From NCBI GenBank assembly GCA_041664285.1, contig JBAYLA010000001.1, forward strand, positions 227-64,226: a stretch of 64,000 bases of DNA. Direction: 5' to 3'. Made by a program: the position numbers and the translations under genes. How positions within the stretch are numbered: position 1 is the first letter of the stretch; the number at the start of each line of letters is the position of its first letter. The DNA comes from Minisyncoccota bacterium (lineage in GTDB: Bacteria; Patescibacteriota; Minisyncoccia; Phycocordibacterales; UBA9973). The notes beneath the pieces are model-generated. The model saw only the letters and a program-made list of their open reading frames with translations. It was not told the origin of the DNA and did no database searches. This document shows, in pieces, positions 8,991-18,547 of the stretch.

Positions 8991-10064
8991 ATGATACAAG
9001 AATACGAATATAAGCCAAAAATATTAACTGAAACGGAAGTAAAAAAATTAAAAAAACAAAAACACATTAAGATTGTTGATGTATTTTCTAACCAATTAAA
9101 AGAACTTTTTATAATAAAAAATCTGGGATATGTTGGACAGGAAAAAGAAAAGGTGTACCAGACACGTGAGTTTAAAAATTTTTCCAAGAAAATGGAGAAA
9201 AAATATGTTTATGTATTTTATCCGTGGAATTTTTCCATTGTAAAAACAGTAAGGAAAGAAGATTATTTAGAACTAAAGACAAACAGAAATAGAGACTTGA
9301 TCACGAAAGAGGAACAAGTTAAATTACGAAATGCGAGAGTGGGTATTTTTGGAATGAGTGTTGGAAGCAATATCGCTTTTGTGTTGACTCAAGCTGGAGT
9401 TGCAAACGAAATTACAATTTCTGATTTTGATGAACTTGATACTACTAACTTAAATAGAATCATTGCTGGAGTGCATCAGATTGGGCTTAATAAATGTATT
9501 GTCGCTGCTCGGCATATATATGAAGATAATCCATTTGCAAAAATTACAGTTTTACCTAATGGAGTTAGTAAGCAAACCATAGAAAAACTTTTGAAACAAA
9601 AAAGACTTGATCTTATTGTTGATGAAATTGACAATATGGCTATAAAAATAGATATACGAGTGCTGGCGCAAAAATATAAAGTGCCAGTGGTAATGGTTAC
9701 GGATAATGGAGAAGGAATTGTTTTGCACATAGAAAGATATGACTTAGCGCATAAAAAAATATTTGGAAAAGAAAAAGTTTATTTTGAATCTCTTGTATCT
9801 TCTGGTTTTTCAAAAGAAAAAATTGCTGAGCTTATTATTTCTGATATTGTAGGGGGAGTAGGGAAGGTTGATAAAAGAATGCACCAATCTGTAACAAAAG
9901 TATTGCGAAAAGAACTGGTGTCTTGGCCACAGCTCGGATCGGCTGCTATTCTTGCGGGAGTTATGGCGACATATGCTATTAAACAAGTTATACTTGGATA
10001 TGATAAGAGGATTGACGTGCGTGGACATATTAATCCACTTGAAATTACTTACGGCACCCATTAA
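8991..10064 (+). CDS. ThiF/MoeB/E1-like adenylyltransferase with ~95-aa N-terminal extension
   Basis: RVGIFGMSVGSNIAFVLTQAGVANEITISDFDELDTTNLNRI matches the E1 nucleotide-binding fold (GxGxxG ... D ... NLNRQ). ATG at 8991 (MIQEYEYK); the ORF track starts at a TTG at 8940. Confidence 0.75.
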   Translation: MIQEYEYKPKILTETEVKKLKKQKHIKIVDVFSNQLKELFIIKNLGYVGQEKEKVYQTREFKNFSKKMEKKYVYVFYPWNFSIVKTVRKEDYLELKTNRNRDLITKEEQVKLRNARVGIFGMSVGSNIAFVLTQAGVANEITISDFDELDTTNLNRIIAGVHQIGLNKCIVAARHIYEDNPFAKITVLPNGVSKQTIEKLLKQKRLDLIVDEIDNMAIKIDIRVLAQKYKVPVVMVTDNGEGIVLHIERYDLAHKKIFGKEKVYFESLVSSGFSKEKIAELIISDIVGGVGKVDKRMHQSVTKVLRKELVSWPQLGSAAILAGVMATYAIKQVILGYDKRIDVRGHINPLEITYGTH

Positions 10065-10079
10065 TATTTAATTAATAAA

Positions 10080-11186
10080 ATGATAACTGAAATAACGAAT
10101 AATCCAGAAGTAAAAGCCCTACCAGAATTTGATAATCATCATGCTGTTTTTCTTTTAGAAAATAAGGATATTGGTTTTAGGGGATATATTTCTATTCATA
10201 GAAAAAATCCAGCACTTCCATCTTTCGGAGCAACCAGAATGTGGTCATATGAAACTGACATTGATGGACTTAGAGACTCTTTGCGTCTTTCTAGAATGAT
10301 GTCATATAAGGCTGCTTTAGCAGGGCTTGGTTGTGGTGGAGCTAAAGGAGTTATCATAGCCAGCACCCTTGATTCTAATAGGGAGAAATTTTTACGGGAA
10401 TATTCTCGTAATGTTGATCTTCTTCAGGGGAAATTTATTACTGGCACTGATGTTGGTTTACAACAAGAAGATTTAACTATCATGAAAGAAGAAACTCCCT
10501 ACATCGTCGGCTTTAATGATAATTCTGTTGAATTTACTACTCTCGGTATTTTTAATTCAATAAGTGTTTGCCTGCAAAAGGTATTCGGAACAGACGATGT
10601 TTCAAAACGAAGTTTCGCGATTCAAGGTTTGGGCAACATAGGTTCTTCTTTAATAAAATTCCTTTGGAGTTTAGGATGTAGAAATATATATGCTTCTGAT
10701 GTTAACCCAGAAAAAATAAAAATAATAAAAGAACAATTTCCAGAAATTATAATTGTTGATCCAAAAAAAATACACCAAAAAGCAGTAGATGTATTTTCTC
10801 CCTGTGCGTTGAGTGGAATCATTAATGAAAAAACAGTTAAAGAGTTTAACTGTAAAATTATTGCGGGCGGGGCAAACAATCAAATTGTAAAAGAATCTCT
10901 TGGTACTGATCTTCTTGAAAAAAATATTTTGTATGCACCTGACTACATAACAAATGCGGGAGGGCTTATTAGTGTTTTTGACGAATACAGTAATAAAATA
11001 TATAACAGAGAAATAGTAACTGCAAAAGTGTTAGAGATTAAAAATGTTTTAAATAAAGTTTTCACAATTAGTGATCAAAGTGGAAGACCTACAAATATCA
11101 TTGCAAATGAATTTGCGGAGAAAATTTTTAATAGTTTCAATAAATCTTTATGGGATCTCTCGTTCATAAAAAAACTCTTAAAATAG
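10080..11186 (+). CDS. Glu/Leu/Phe/Val-family amino-acid dehydrogenase (leucine/phenylalanine dehydrogenase-like)
   Basis: GATRMWSY, RLSRMMSYKAALAGLGCGGAKGVII and a C-terminal Rossmann fold (GLGNIG) match the ELFV_dehydrog signature (GG.R ... K.A..G...GGGK). Confidence 0.8.
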   Translation: MITEITNNPEVKALPEFDNHHAVFLLENKDIGFRGYISIHRKNPALPSFGATRMWSYETDIDGLRDSLRLSRMMSYKAALAGLGCGGAKGVIIASTLDSNREKFLREYSRNVDLLQGKFITGTDVGLQQEDLTIMKEETPYIVGFNDNSVEFTTLGIFNSISVCLQKVFGTDDVSKRSFAIQGLGNIGSSLIKFLWSLGCRNIYASDVNPEKIKIIKEQFPEIIIVDPKKIHQKAVDVFSPCALSGIINEKTVKEFNCKIIAGGANNQIVKESLGTDLLEKNILYAPDYITNAGGLISVFDEYSNKIYNREIVTAKVLEIKNVLNKVFTISDQSGRPTNIIANEFAEKIFNSFNKSLWDLSFIKKLLK

Positions 11187-12655
11187 AAAAATTACTTAAG
11201 GAAAAAAAGGAATCTTTTTGGATTAAACGTGGAGAAAAATCAGTGCTTGAATGTTTTAAAGAAGCAAAACAAATTCCAGCCTATAAAGATTTTTTAAAAA
11301 GAGAAAATTACAAAATACCTGCCATTAAAACAATTTTAGATTTTAAATTATTGCCGATGCCAAGCAAGAGCAATTATCTTCGCTCTTATCCTTTTGACAA
11401 ACTTTTTATAAAAAATCAATTTGTGGATATCCCTCGTGTTTTTTCTGCAACATCTGGTTCAACTGGAGAACCATTTTATTTTCCTCGAACTGAAATACAA
11501 GACAAGCAATATCAAATTTATGCGGAACTTTATTTAAGAAATAATTTCAATATACATAAAAAGAAAACCTTATATATTGATGCTTTTCCGATGGGTCCAT
11601 GGATTGGTGGAGTTTTTACCTATGAAGTAATTACACGAATTGCTCGTGAATCACAATATCCCTTAAGTATCATCACTACGGGCATTGATACTGCCTCAAT
11701 TATAAAAACAGTAAAAAAAATGGGTCAATATTATGATCAAATTATTATTGGGGCATATGGTCCGTTTACAAAAGATATTCTTGATACAGGAATAGATGAA
11801 GGAATTAACTGGAGACAGTACAATATTAAATTCATATTTTCCGCCGAAGCATTTCCCGAATCTTTTCGAGATTATGTTGGTAATATTGTCGGTAGTAAAA
11901 ATATTTTTTTAGACACACTTAATCACTATGGAACAGTTGACCTCGGCACAATGTCATATGAAACACCCATTTGTATTTTAATAAGAAAATTAGCTGAAAA
12001 AAATAAGTTTCTGTATAAAAAAATATTTGGGGATACAATAAAAATACCCACCTTAACTCAATATTTACCGGAATTATTTTATTTTGAGTCAGTTAATGGA
12101 AATCTTTATTGCACAAGTGAAAGTGCAATTCCACTTATAAGATATAATCTTGAAGATAGGGGAAATGTTATTGGTTTCAATGAAATGAAATCCATTTTTA
12201 AAGAGGTTAATATTGATCTTTTAAAAGAAGCTCAAAAGTGCAACATACAAGAGAGTATCTGGGAATTGCCTTTTGTCTATGTGTTTGAAAGAAGTGACTT
12301 TTCCGTAAGTTATTATGCTTTTCAAGTTTATCCTGGTCCTATCAGAAAAATACTTCTTCAGAAAGATGTTCAAAAAAAAGTTACCGGAAAGTTTACTATG
12401 GAATCGGGTTTTTCATGGAAGCAAAACCCTCAACTTGTTGTTAGTATTGAACTCAAAAAAAATATTTTACCGTCTAAACAACTTTCAAAGAATATTACGA
12501 AACTTGTACATAATCAATTATTGAAAACTCACTCAGAATACAGAGAAACAGTGAATCACTTTGGGACAAAGGCGCATGTTTCTGTTATACTTTTAGAAAA
12601 TGGAAACCAAGAACACTTTAAATCTGGAACAAAACAAAAATGGATAAAAAAATAA
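11150..12655 (+). CDS. PaaK / coenzyme-F390-synthetase-like adenylate-forming enzyme (ANL superfamily)
   Basis: FSATSGSTGEPFYFPRT at ~aa 100 matches the PaaK phosphate-binding motif SSGTTGKPT. 501 aa. Overlaps the upstream gene by 37 nt. Confidence 0.6.
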   Translation: MGSLVHKKTLKIEKLLKEKKESFWIKRGEKSVLECFKEAKQIPAYKDFLKRENYKIPAIKTILDFKLLPMPSKSNYLRSYPFDKLFIKNQFVDIPRVFSATSGSTGEPFYFPRTEIQDKQYQIYAELYLRNNFNIHKKKTLYIDAFPMGPWIGGVFTYEVITRIARESQYPLSIITTGIDTASIIKTVKKMGQYYDQIIIGAYGPFTKDILDTGIDEGINWRQYNIKFIFSAEAFPESFRDYVGNIVGSKNIFLDTLNHYGTVDLGTMSYETPICILIRKLAEKNKFLYKKIFGDTIKIPTLTQYLPELFYFESVNGNLYCTSESAIPLIRYNLEDRGNVIGFNEMKSIFKEVNIDLLKEAQKCNIQESIWELPFVYVFERSDFSVSYYAFQVYPGPIRKILLQKDVQKKVTGKFTMESGFSWKQNPQLVVSIELKKNILPSKQLSKNITKLVHNQLLKTHSEYRETVNHFGTKAHVSVILLENGNQEHFKSGTKQKWIKK

Positions 12656-13710
12656 AAGAAATACTTGAATACGGCGTGATGGCTCCTTCGGGTGATAATT
12701 CTCAACCGTGGAAATTTGTTATTTCTGATACGATACTTAAAATATATAATTTACCTGATAAAGATAATCCATATTTAAATTTTATGCAAAGTGGTTCTCT
12801 AGTTGCGCATGGTGCGTTACTAAAGAACATAGAAATAGCTTCATCAAAAGTAGGGCTAATATCAAAAATAAAATTGTTTCCATCATCGAATGACCCTAAT
12901 CTTATATCGGAAATATCCTTTGAAAACACGTCTCCAGCACAACAGATAGACCCCTTGTTTGAATTTATTTCTAAAAGAGTAACAAATAGACGACCTTATG
13001 AGAATAAAAAATTTTCTGAAAAAGAGAAAGTTCTTCTTGAAGAAGCTGGTGTTTTTGGGGACGTAGGATTACATTTTATAATCGATCCTGAAAATAAAAA
13101 ACGTGCTGGAGCTGCAAGCAGTATGGTTGAAATAATTATCTTGGAAAATAAATTATTGCATAGCTATCTCTTTAAAGATGTTATGTGGTCTGAAAAACAA
13201 GAAAGAAAAGAGAAGCATGGTCTTTATATAAAAACTATGGAATTTAATCCTATACAAAAATTTCTTTTTAAATTAGCTAGTAATAAACTATTAATGCATA
13301 TTGCTGTCAAACTTCATTTTTCTTATTTTATTGCAAAACAAGATGCTTTATTGTATGCAAGCGGTTCTACTATGTGCTTGTTCACTTTAAAAAAAATATC
13401 TTTAGAAAATTTTGTTAAGCTTGGAATGAAAATGCAAGAAATATGGCTCAAGGCAACATCTCTTGGGCTTGCATCCCAGCCAGTCACTGCAATTTTATTT
13501 TTAGGTTTCAAATTACAAAATGACCAAAATGATCAAATATTAAGTCAGAAACATAAAAATATTGCTTTTGAATCGTGCAAAAATATATTTTCTGCATTCA
13601 GCCTTAATTCAGAAGAAATACCTTTTATAATGTTTCGTATTGGTCATGCAAAAGATCCTTCAGCCCGTAGTAGTAGAAAAGAACCAATTATAAAAATAGA
13701 AAATAAATGA
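12640..13710 (+). CDS. nitroreductase-fold flavoprotein (long, 356 aa; SagB/McbC-like or tandem nitroreductase)
   Basis: The N-terminus EYGVMAPSGDNSQPWKFVI is the nitroreductase FMN-binding signature. The C-terminus IWLKATSLGLASQPV resembles the conserved C-terminal helix. Overlaps the upstream gene by 16 nt. Confidence 0.6.
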   Translation: MDKKIKEILEYGVMAPSGDNSQPWKFVISDTILKIYNLPDKDNPYLNFMQSGSLVAHGALLKNIEIASSKVGLISKIKLFPSSNDPNLISEISFENTSPAQQIDPLFEFISKRVTNRRPYENKKFSEKEKVLLEEAGVFGDVGLHFIIDPENKKRAGAASSMVEIIILENKLLHSYLFKDVMWSEKQERKEKHGLYIKTMEFNPIQKFLFKLASNKLLMHIAVKLHFSYFIAKQDALLYASGSTMCLFTLKKISLENFVKLGMKMQEIWLKATSLGLASQPVTAILFLGFKLQNDQNDQILSQKHKNIAFESCKNIFSAFSLNSEEIPFIMFRIGHAKDPSARSSRKEPIIKIENK

Positions 13711-13735
13711 GTTTTAGGTTATAATAAGAAAAATT

Positions 13736-15364
13736 ATGAATGTAATAGAAAATTTAGATATTTTATCAGTTGCTATAGCGGTTGCAGGTACTTTCATCCT
13801 TGGGTTTACCGTATTTTTTACCGACAAAAAAAGTATTACAAATAAAACATTCCTTTTATTTTCAATAATTACAGGGATATGGGGGTTGGCTAACTTTTTT
13901 GGGTATAGACTTACAGATCACAATATCGCGTTTTTATTATTGAGATTGGTTATGTTTTTAGCGGTATTGCAATCCTTATCTATTTTTCAGCTTTTTTATG
14001 TTTTTCCAAATGCAACAATAATTTTCCCTAAAATATATAAATACTTTTTTATGCCACTGATGTTGTTAGTAGCGTTAATATCAGCATCTCCGTTAGTTCT
14101 TTCTAGTATAAAAGAAGTATCAGAAATAGGAAATATAACAAAAATAACCAATGGTCCAGCCATTCCTCTTTTTGGAATTGTAAGCATTGGTTTGGTAATT
14201 TCAGCTCTTTACATATTTATACGAAATCTTCGTCAGACAAAAAACAGACAACTCGGAGTATACATAGAAATACTTATTGGCACAGCTCTCATGTTTGGAT
14301 TAATCATAACTTTTAATTTTATATTTCCTGCAATTTTTGAGAACTCAAAATATTTGCCTTTGGGCGCACTATTTACTTTTCCGTTTGTTATTTTTACAAC
14401 TTATGCAATATTATACCACCATCTTTTCAATATAAAAGTTGTTTCAACAGCTACTCTTGTTTTTCTTTTATCAATTATTTTATTCCTTGAAATAATATAT
14501 GCCGATTCCATTACACTTATTCTTTTTAGAAGCAGTATATTTTTATTGGTACTTGTCTTTGGTATTAATCTTATTCGTAGTGTCATGAAAGAAGTTAAGC
14601 AGCGTGAACAATTGGAAATCATGACCGGACAACTTGAGGTTGCAAATGATGATTTGAAAAATTTACTTAAACAAAGGGAAAGTTTGGTGCACTTGGTTAC
14701 TCACAAGGTGAAAGGATCTTTTACTCGTTCTAAATATATTTTTGCCGGATTACTTGATGGAACTTTTGGTGAGATAAGTCCCGTGGTAAAAAAGTATGCC
14801 GAACAAGGTTTGGAATCAGATAATGGGGGGATTCAAACAGTTGATTTAGTTTTGAGTGCTTCTAATTTGAGTAGTGGAACAGTAACATACGACATGAAGC
14901 CTCTTGATTTTAAGGAAATAATTTTGAAAGTTTTAGCTGATAAAAAAATTCAAGCTGAAGCCAAAGGTCTTCAAATGGAAAATATTATTCATGAAGATAA
15001 AGATGATGTTTATAATGTTTTGGGTGATGATTCTTGGCTTAAAGAGGCGGTTAATAATTTAATTGATAATTCTATTAAATATACAAAAGAAGGGAAGATA
15101 ACTGCTGAGCTCCATGATGGTAATGGTTTGGTTAAATTTTCTATTAAAGATACAGGTGTAGGTATTACAGAAGAAGACAAAAAACATTTATTTACTGAAG
15201 GTGGACGAGGTAAAGATTCTGTTAAAATAAATGTGGATAGTACTGGTTATGGTCTCTATTCTGTTAAATTAATCATCGAAGCTCATAAAGGACGTGTTTG
15301 GGCAGAATCAGAAGGGACAGGGAAAGGTTCTACTTTCTATATTGAGTTGCCGGCTACAAAATAG
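13736..15364 (+). CDS. membrane sensor histidine kinase
   Basis: About 7 N-terminal TM helices, a coiled coil, and an HATPase_c G-boxes region (DTGVGI ... GTGLGLYSVKLIIEAHKGRVWAES). Confidence 0.7.
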   Translation: MNVIENLDILSVAIAVAGTFILGFTVFFTDKKSITNKTFLLFSIITGIWGLANFFGYRLTDHNIAFLLLRLVMFLAVLQSLSIFQLFYVFPNATIIFPKIYKYFFMPLMLLVALISASPLVLSSIKEVSEIGNITKITNGPAIPLFGIVSIGLVISALYIFIRNLRQTKNRQLGVYIEILIGTALMFGLIITFNFIFPAIFENSKYLPLGALFTFPFVIFTTYAILYHHLFNIKVVSTATLVFLLSIILFLEIIYADSITLILFRSSIFLLVLVFGINLIRSVMKEVKQREQLEIMTGQLEVANDDLKNLLKQRESLVHLVTHKVKGSFTRSKYIFAGLLDGTFGEISPVVKKYAEQGLESDNGGIQTVDLVLSASNLSSGTVTYDMKPLDFKEIILKVLADKKIQAEAKGLQMENIIHEDKDDVYNVLGDDSWLKEAVNNLIDNSIKYTKEGKITAELHDGNGLVKFSIKDTGVGITEEDKKHLFTEGGRGKDSVKINVDSTGYGLYSVKLIIEAHKGRVWAESEGTGKGSTFYIELPATK

Positions 15365-15526
15365 GTAAAAACATAACTTTAAACCCCTTCAAAAGCCATG
15401 TTTCTGAACTATTTTTGAAACTTCGTCTTGTCTTATTTTCTTTTATGTGTTTAGAATAATTTTCTCTTAAAAATGCTTAAGAAATTGAGTTATCCACTGT
15501 ACATTAGATGACCGTTTTCGTGTATA

Positions 15527-16099
15527 ATGGTCTTCATGGACGCAAACGAAAAAAATTATTTCAAATTTACCGCAGCCCTAATTTTATGTTTACTTATCCG
15601 ACTTATTCCTTTTCGTGCTCCAAATATTGAGCCCATTTTAGCGACCTTAATGCCTTTTAGTAAAGTTTATGGAGCGTTTGTTGGGTTCTTTTTTGCTGTT
15701 TTAAGTATTTTACTTTACGATGTTATAACTGGGACACTAGGAATTCAAACTTTTTTTACTACTTTAGCTTATGGAATAATTGGTTTCTGGTCTGCTAATT
15801 ATTTTACGAAAAACAAAGCAGATAAATGGGGTTATGTGCGTTTTGCAATTTTAGGCACACTCTTTTTTGATGCATTTACTGGGCTGACTGTTGGTCCTAT
15901 GTTTTTTCATCAATCATTTATTGGATCTTTGATTGGACAAATCCCATTTACTTTTTTCCATTTACTTGGTAATGTTGTTCTTGCTTATACATTGAGTCCC
16001 GTTATTTATAATTTTTTGATTAAGAAAAAGATTCATCCGCCGTTAAGTAGGGAAAAGACATTAATCCCTGTCCTTAGTAGTACTCTTAATTCTAAATAA
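15527..16099 (+). CDS. small polytopic membrane protein (ECF-transporter S-component-like)
   Basis: 190 aa with 5-6 TM helices. The extended -10 TGTATAAT at 15511-15518 ends 8 nt before the ATG, so the transcript would be near-leaderless. Confidence 0.35.
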   Translation: MVFMDANEKNYFKFTAALILCLLIRLIPFRAPNIEPILATLMPFSKVYGAFVGFFFAVLSILLYDVITGTLGIQTFFTTLAYGIIGFWSANYFTKNKADKWGYVRFAILGTLFFDAFTGLTVGPMFFHQSFIGSLIGQIPFTFFHLLGNVVLAYTLSPVIYNFLIKKKIHPPLSREKTLIPVLSSTLNSK

Positions 16100-16108
16100 T
16101 TTAAAAAT

Positions 16109-18403
16109 ATGAAAAAAGCAGAAAAAATTTTAAAAAGTGAATTGAAAAAAATTAAATCAATTCGTAGAAGAACTGGAGAAGTCGTTCCTTTAGATTTAGA
16201 AAGAGTTGCTCGAGCTGTTTTTAGAGCTTTTGAGGTAACAGAGGAAGGAGGAGAGTCAGAATCTCATACAATAGCTAATCATGTTTTTAAAAATCTTTTA
16301 AAGCTTCAATCTGAGTTAACATCTGTCCATAAGGGCGCAAAATTTTTACCAACAGTTGAAATGGTTCAAGATTTAGTGGAAAAAGAGTTGATGAAAAATA
16401 GTTTTACCGAGACTGCTAAAAAATATATTCTTTATCGTAACAAACGTTCAGAACTTAGAGCAGTTTTCGGACCTGTATCAGAAACAGTGAGAGTAGCCGT
16501 AGAAGAATCTAGTAAATATTTTTATAGTCCTTATTCAGAATATATTTTTTATCAGTTTTATTCAAGGTGGGTTCCAGAATTAGGTCGCAGAGAGACTTGG
16601 GTTGAGGCTGTTGATCGTTACATGGATTATATGAAGGAAAATCTTGGGAACAAACTCACAGTCAAAGAATATGCTGATGTTCGAGAAGCCATCTTAAAGC
16701 AAGATATTTGCCCATCTATGCGTCTTTTGTGGTCTTCGGGGCGTGCATGTCGAAATTCAAATGTTTGGGCTTATAACTGTTCTTATATTGCTCCTACCTG
16801 TACTCAAGATTTAGGAGAAATTATGTATATTTCCATGTGTGGGGCAGGATTAGGTTTTGCGGTTGAGTGGGAGAATGTTCAACAATTTCCACAAATTAAA
16901 AAACAAGGAAAAGAAAAGCCAACTGTTCACGTTGTGGCAGATAGTAAAGAAGGTTGGGCGGATGCTTTTGTGTTTGGTTTGAATTCTTGGTTTGATGGTA
17001 AAGATGTAAAATTTGATTATTCACGTATTCGACCAGCTGGTGCGCGATTAGAAGTTGCTGGTGGAAGAGCTTCTGGGCCTCAGCCCCTGATGGATCTTAT
17101 GGAATTTGCTAGACGTAAAATTTTAGCTAAACAAGGTCGCCGACTTTCTAACTTAGATATGCATGACATCATTTGTCAGATTGGGATGATTGTGGTGGCA
17201 GGTGGAGTACGACGTAGCGCTCTTATTTCTCTTTCTGAATTAGAAGATACAGAAATGCGAGATGCGAAGAAGGGACAATTTTATTTAACTGAAGGACAGC
17301 GTAGTATGGCAAATAATTCTGCTGTTTATAATTCTAAACCTTCGGCTGAAGAATTTTTAAACGAATGGACTGCTCTAGTAAAGTCTAAGTCTGGAGAGCG
17401 TGGAATTTTTAATCGAGGTGGACTAGAGAAGCAAGTACCAGCACGTCGTTGGGCGGCTATTAAAGATGAAAGACAAATGGGAATGAATCCTTGTGGAGAA
17501 ATTTATTTGCGTTCTAGACAATTTTGTAATTTAACTAGTATCGTAATTCGCCCGAAGGACACAGCTGAAACATTGAAAAGAAAAATGGAATTGGCAACCT
17601 TACTTGGAACTTATCAATCTACCTTAACCAATTTTGGCTATCTATCAAAAAAATGGAAAGAAAATTGCGAAAATGAAAGATTGCTCGGAGTGTCCCTAAC
17701 TGGTTATTACGATAATCAAATTATTCGAGACGATAAAGTGCTCGATACTCTTCGAATTGATTCTATTGAAACAAATAAAAAGTACGCTAAGCGTTTTGGG
17801 ATCAATCCTTCTACCGCTATCACTTGCGTAAAACCTCATGGTAATTCTGGACAGCTTTTGGGTGTTGGTTCAGGTATGCATCCTTGGTATGCTCCATATT
17901 TTATCCGTCGAGTGCGTATTTCTCATACTGATACATTACTTCAAATGGCTCGGGATCAGGGTGTGCCGTGTTTACCAGAAGTTGGTCAATCTGAAGCGTT
18001 AGCCACTACTTTTGTTTTAGAATTTCCAGTCAAGGCACCAGAAGGAGCAATTTTTAAAGATGAAGTTTCTGCCTTGGATTTAATCAAGGAATGGAAAAGG
18101 CTTAAAGAGCATTTCGTGGAACATAATCCATCAGCTACTATTTATGTTGGGCCAGAAGAGTGGCTCGCTGTTGGTAACTTTGTTTATGAAAATTGGGATT
18201 CTATTGGCGGACTTTCTTTTCTTCCACGATCAGAACACGTTTATCAACTAGCTCCTTATGAGGCAATTACAAAAGAAGAATACGAAAGAAGAACAAAAGC
18301 TATTGGTAAAATTGATTTTTCTAAACTTTCTCAATATGAAGCAACAGACAATACTACTGGAGCCAAAGAATTTGCTTGTGTTTCGGGTGTTTGTGAGATT
18401 TAA
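16109..18403 (+). CDS. nrdJ: class II adenosylcobalamin-dependent ribonucleotide reductase
   Basis: N-terminal ATP-cone (GEVVPLDLERVARAV). NPCGEI active-site motif. 764 aa. Confidence 0.9.
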   Translation: MKKAEKILKSELKKIKSIRRRTGEVVPLDLERVARAVFRAFEVTEEGGESESHTIANHVFKNLLKLQSELTSVHKGAKFLPTVEMVQDLVEKELMKNSFTETAKKYILYRNKRSELRAVFGPVSETVRVAVEESSKYFYSPYSEYIFYQFYSRWVPELGRRETWVEAVDRYMDYMKENLGNKLTVKEYADVREAILKQDICPSMRLLWSSGRACRNSNVWAYNCSYIAPTCTQDLGEIMYISMCGAGLGFAVEWENVQQFPQIKKQGKEKPTVHVVADSKEGWADAFVFGLNSWFDGKDVKFDYSRIRPAGARLEVAGGRASGPQPLMDLMEFARRKILAKQGRRLSNLDMHDIICQIGMIVVAGGVRRSALISLSELEDTEMRDAKKGQFYLTEGQRSMANNSAVYNSKPSAEEFLNEWTALVKSKSGERGIFNRGGLEKQVPARRWAAIKDERQMGMNPCGEIYLRSRQFCNLTSIVIRPKDTAETLKRKMELATLLGTYQSTLTNFGYLSKKWKENCENERLLGVSLTGYYDNQIIRDDKVLDTLRIDSIETNKKYAKRFGINPSTAITCVKPHGNSGQLLGVGSGMHPWYAPYFIRRVRISHTDTLLQMARDQGVPCLPEVGQSEALATTFVLEFPVKAPEGAIFKDEVSALDLIKEWKRLKEHFVEHNPSATIYVGPEEWLAVGNFVYENWDSIGGLSFLPRSEHVYQLAPYEAITKEEYERRTKAIGKIDFSKLSQYEATDNTTGAKEFACVSGVCEI

Positions 18404-18406
18404 GGA

Positions 18407-18538
18407 ATGCTGCTAGATTTTTAAAATACAAACTTTTCTTCGGTACGAATTTTTTTTGGTGAAAAAAATTCTGAAGTTCTCGGCTCGACAGCCTACGAAA
18501 CCCCTGCGAAAAGTTGTATTATAAAAATTTAGCAGCAT
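18407..18538. repeat. 17-bp long-range inverted repeat enclosing a ~97-nt element between nrdJ and the adenosyltransferase gene
   Basis: ATGCTGCTAGATTTTTA (18407-18423) pairs with TAAAAATTTAGCAGCAT (18522-18538) with one G-U wobble. Inner hairpins are GAATTTTTTT...AAAAAAATTC and GGCT-cgac-AGCC. Confidence 0.5.
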
Positions 18539-18547
18539 ACAAAAACT

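Noticed and set aside
18404-18547. Cobalamin riboswitch upstream of the adenosyltransferase gene
   Set aside because: No B12-box (GCCACTG) or other cobalamin-riboswitch core was found. The structure is reported only as an unexplained inverted repeat.
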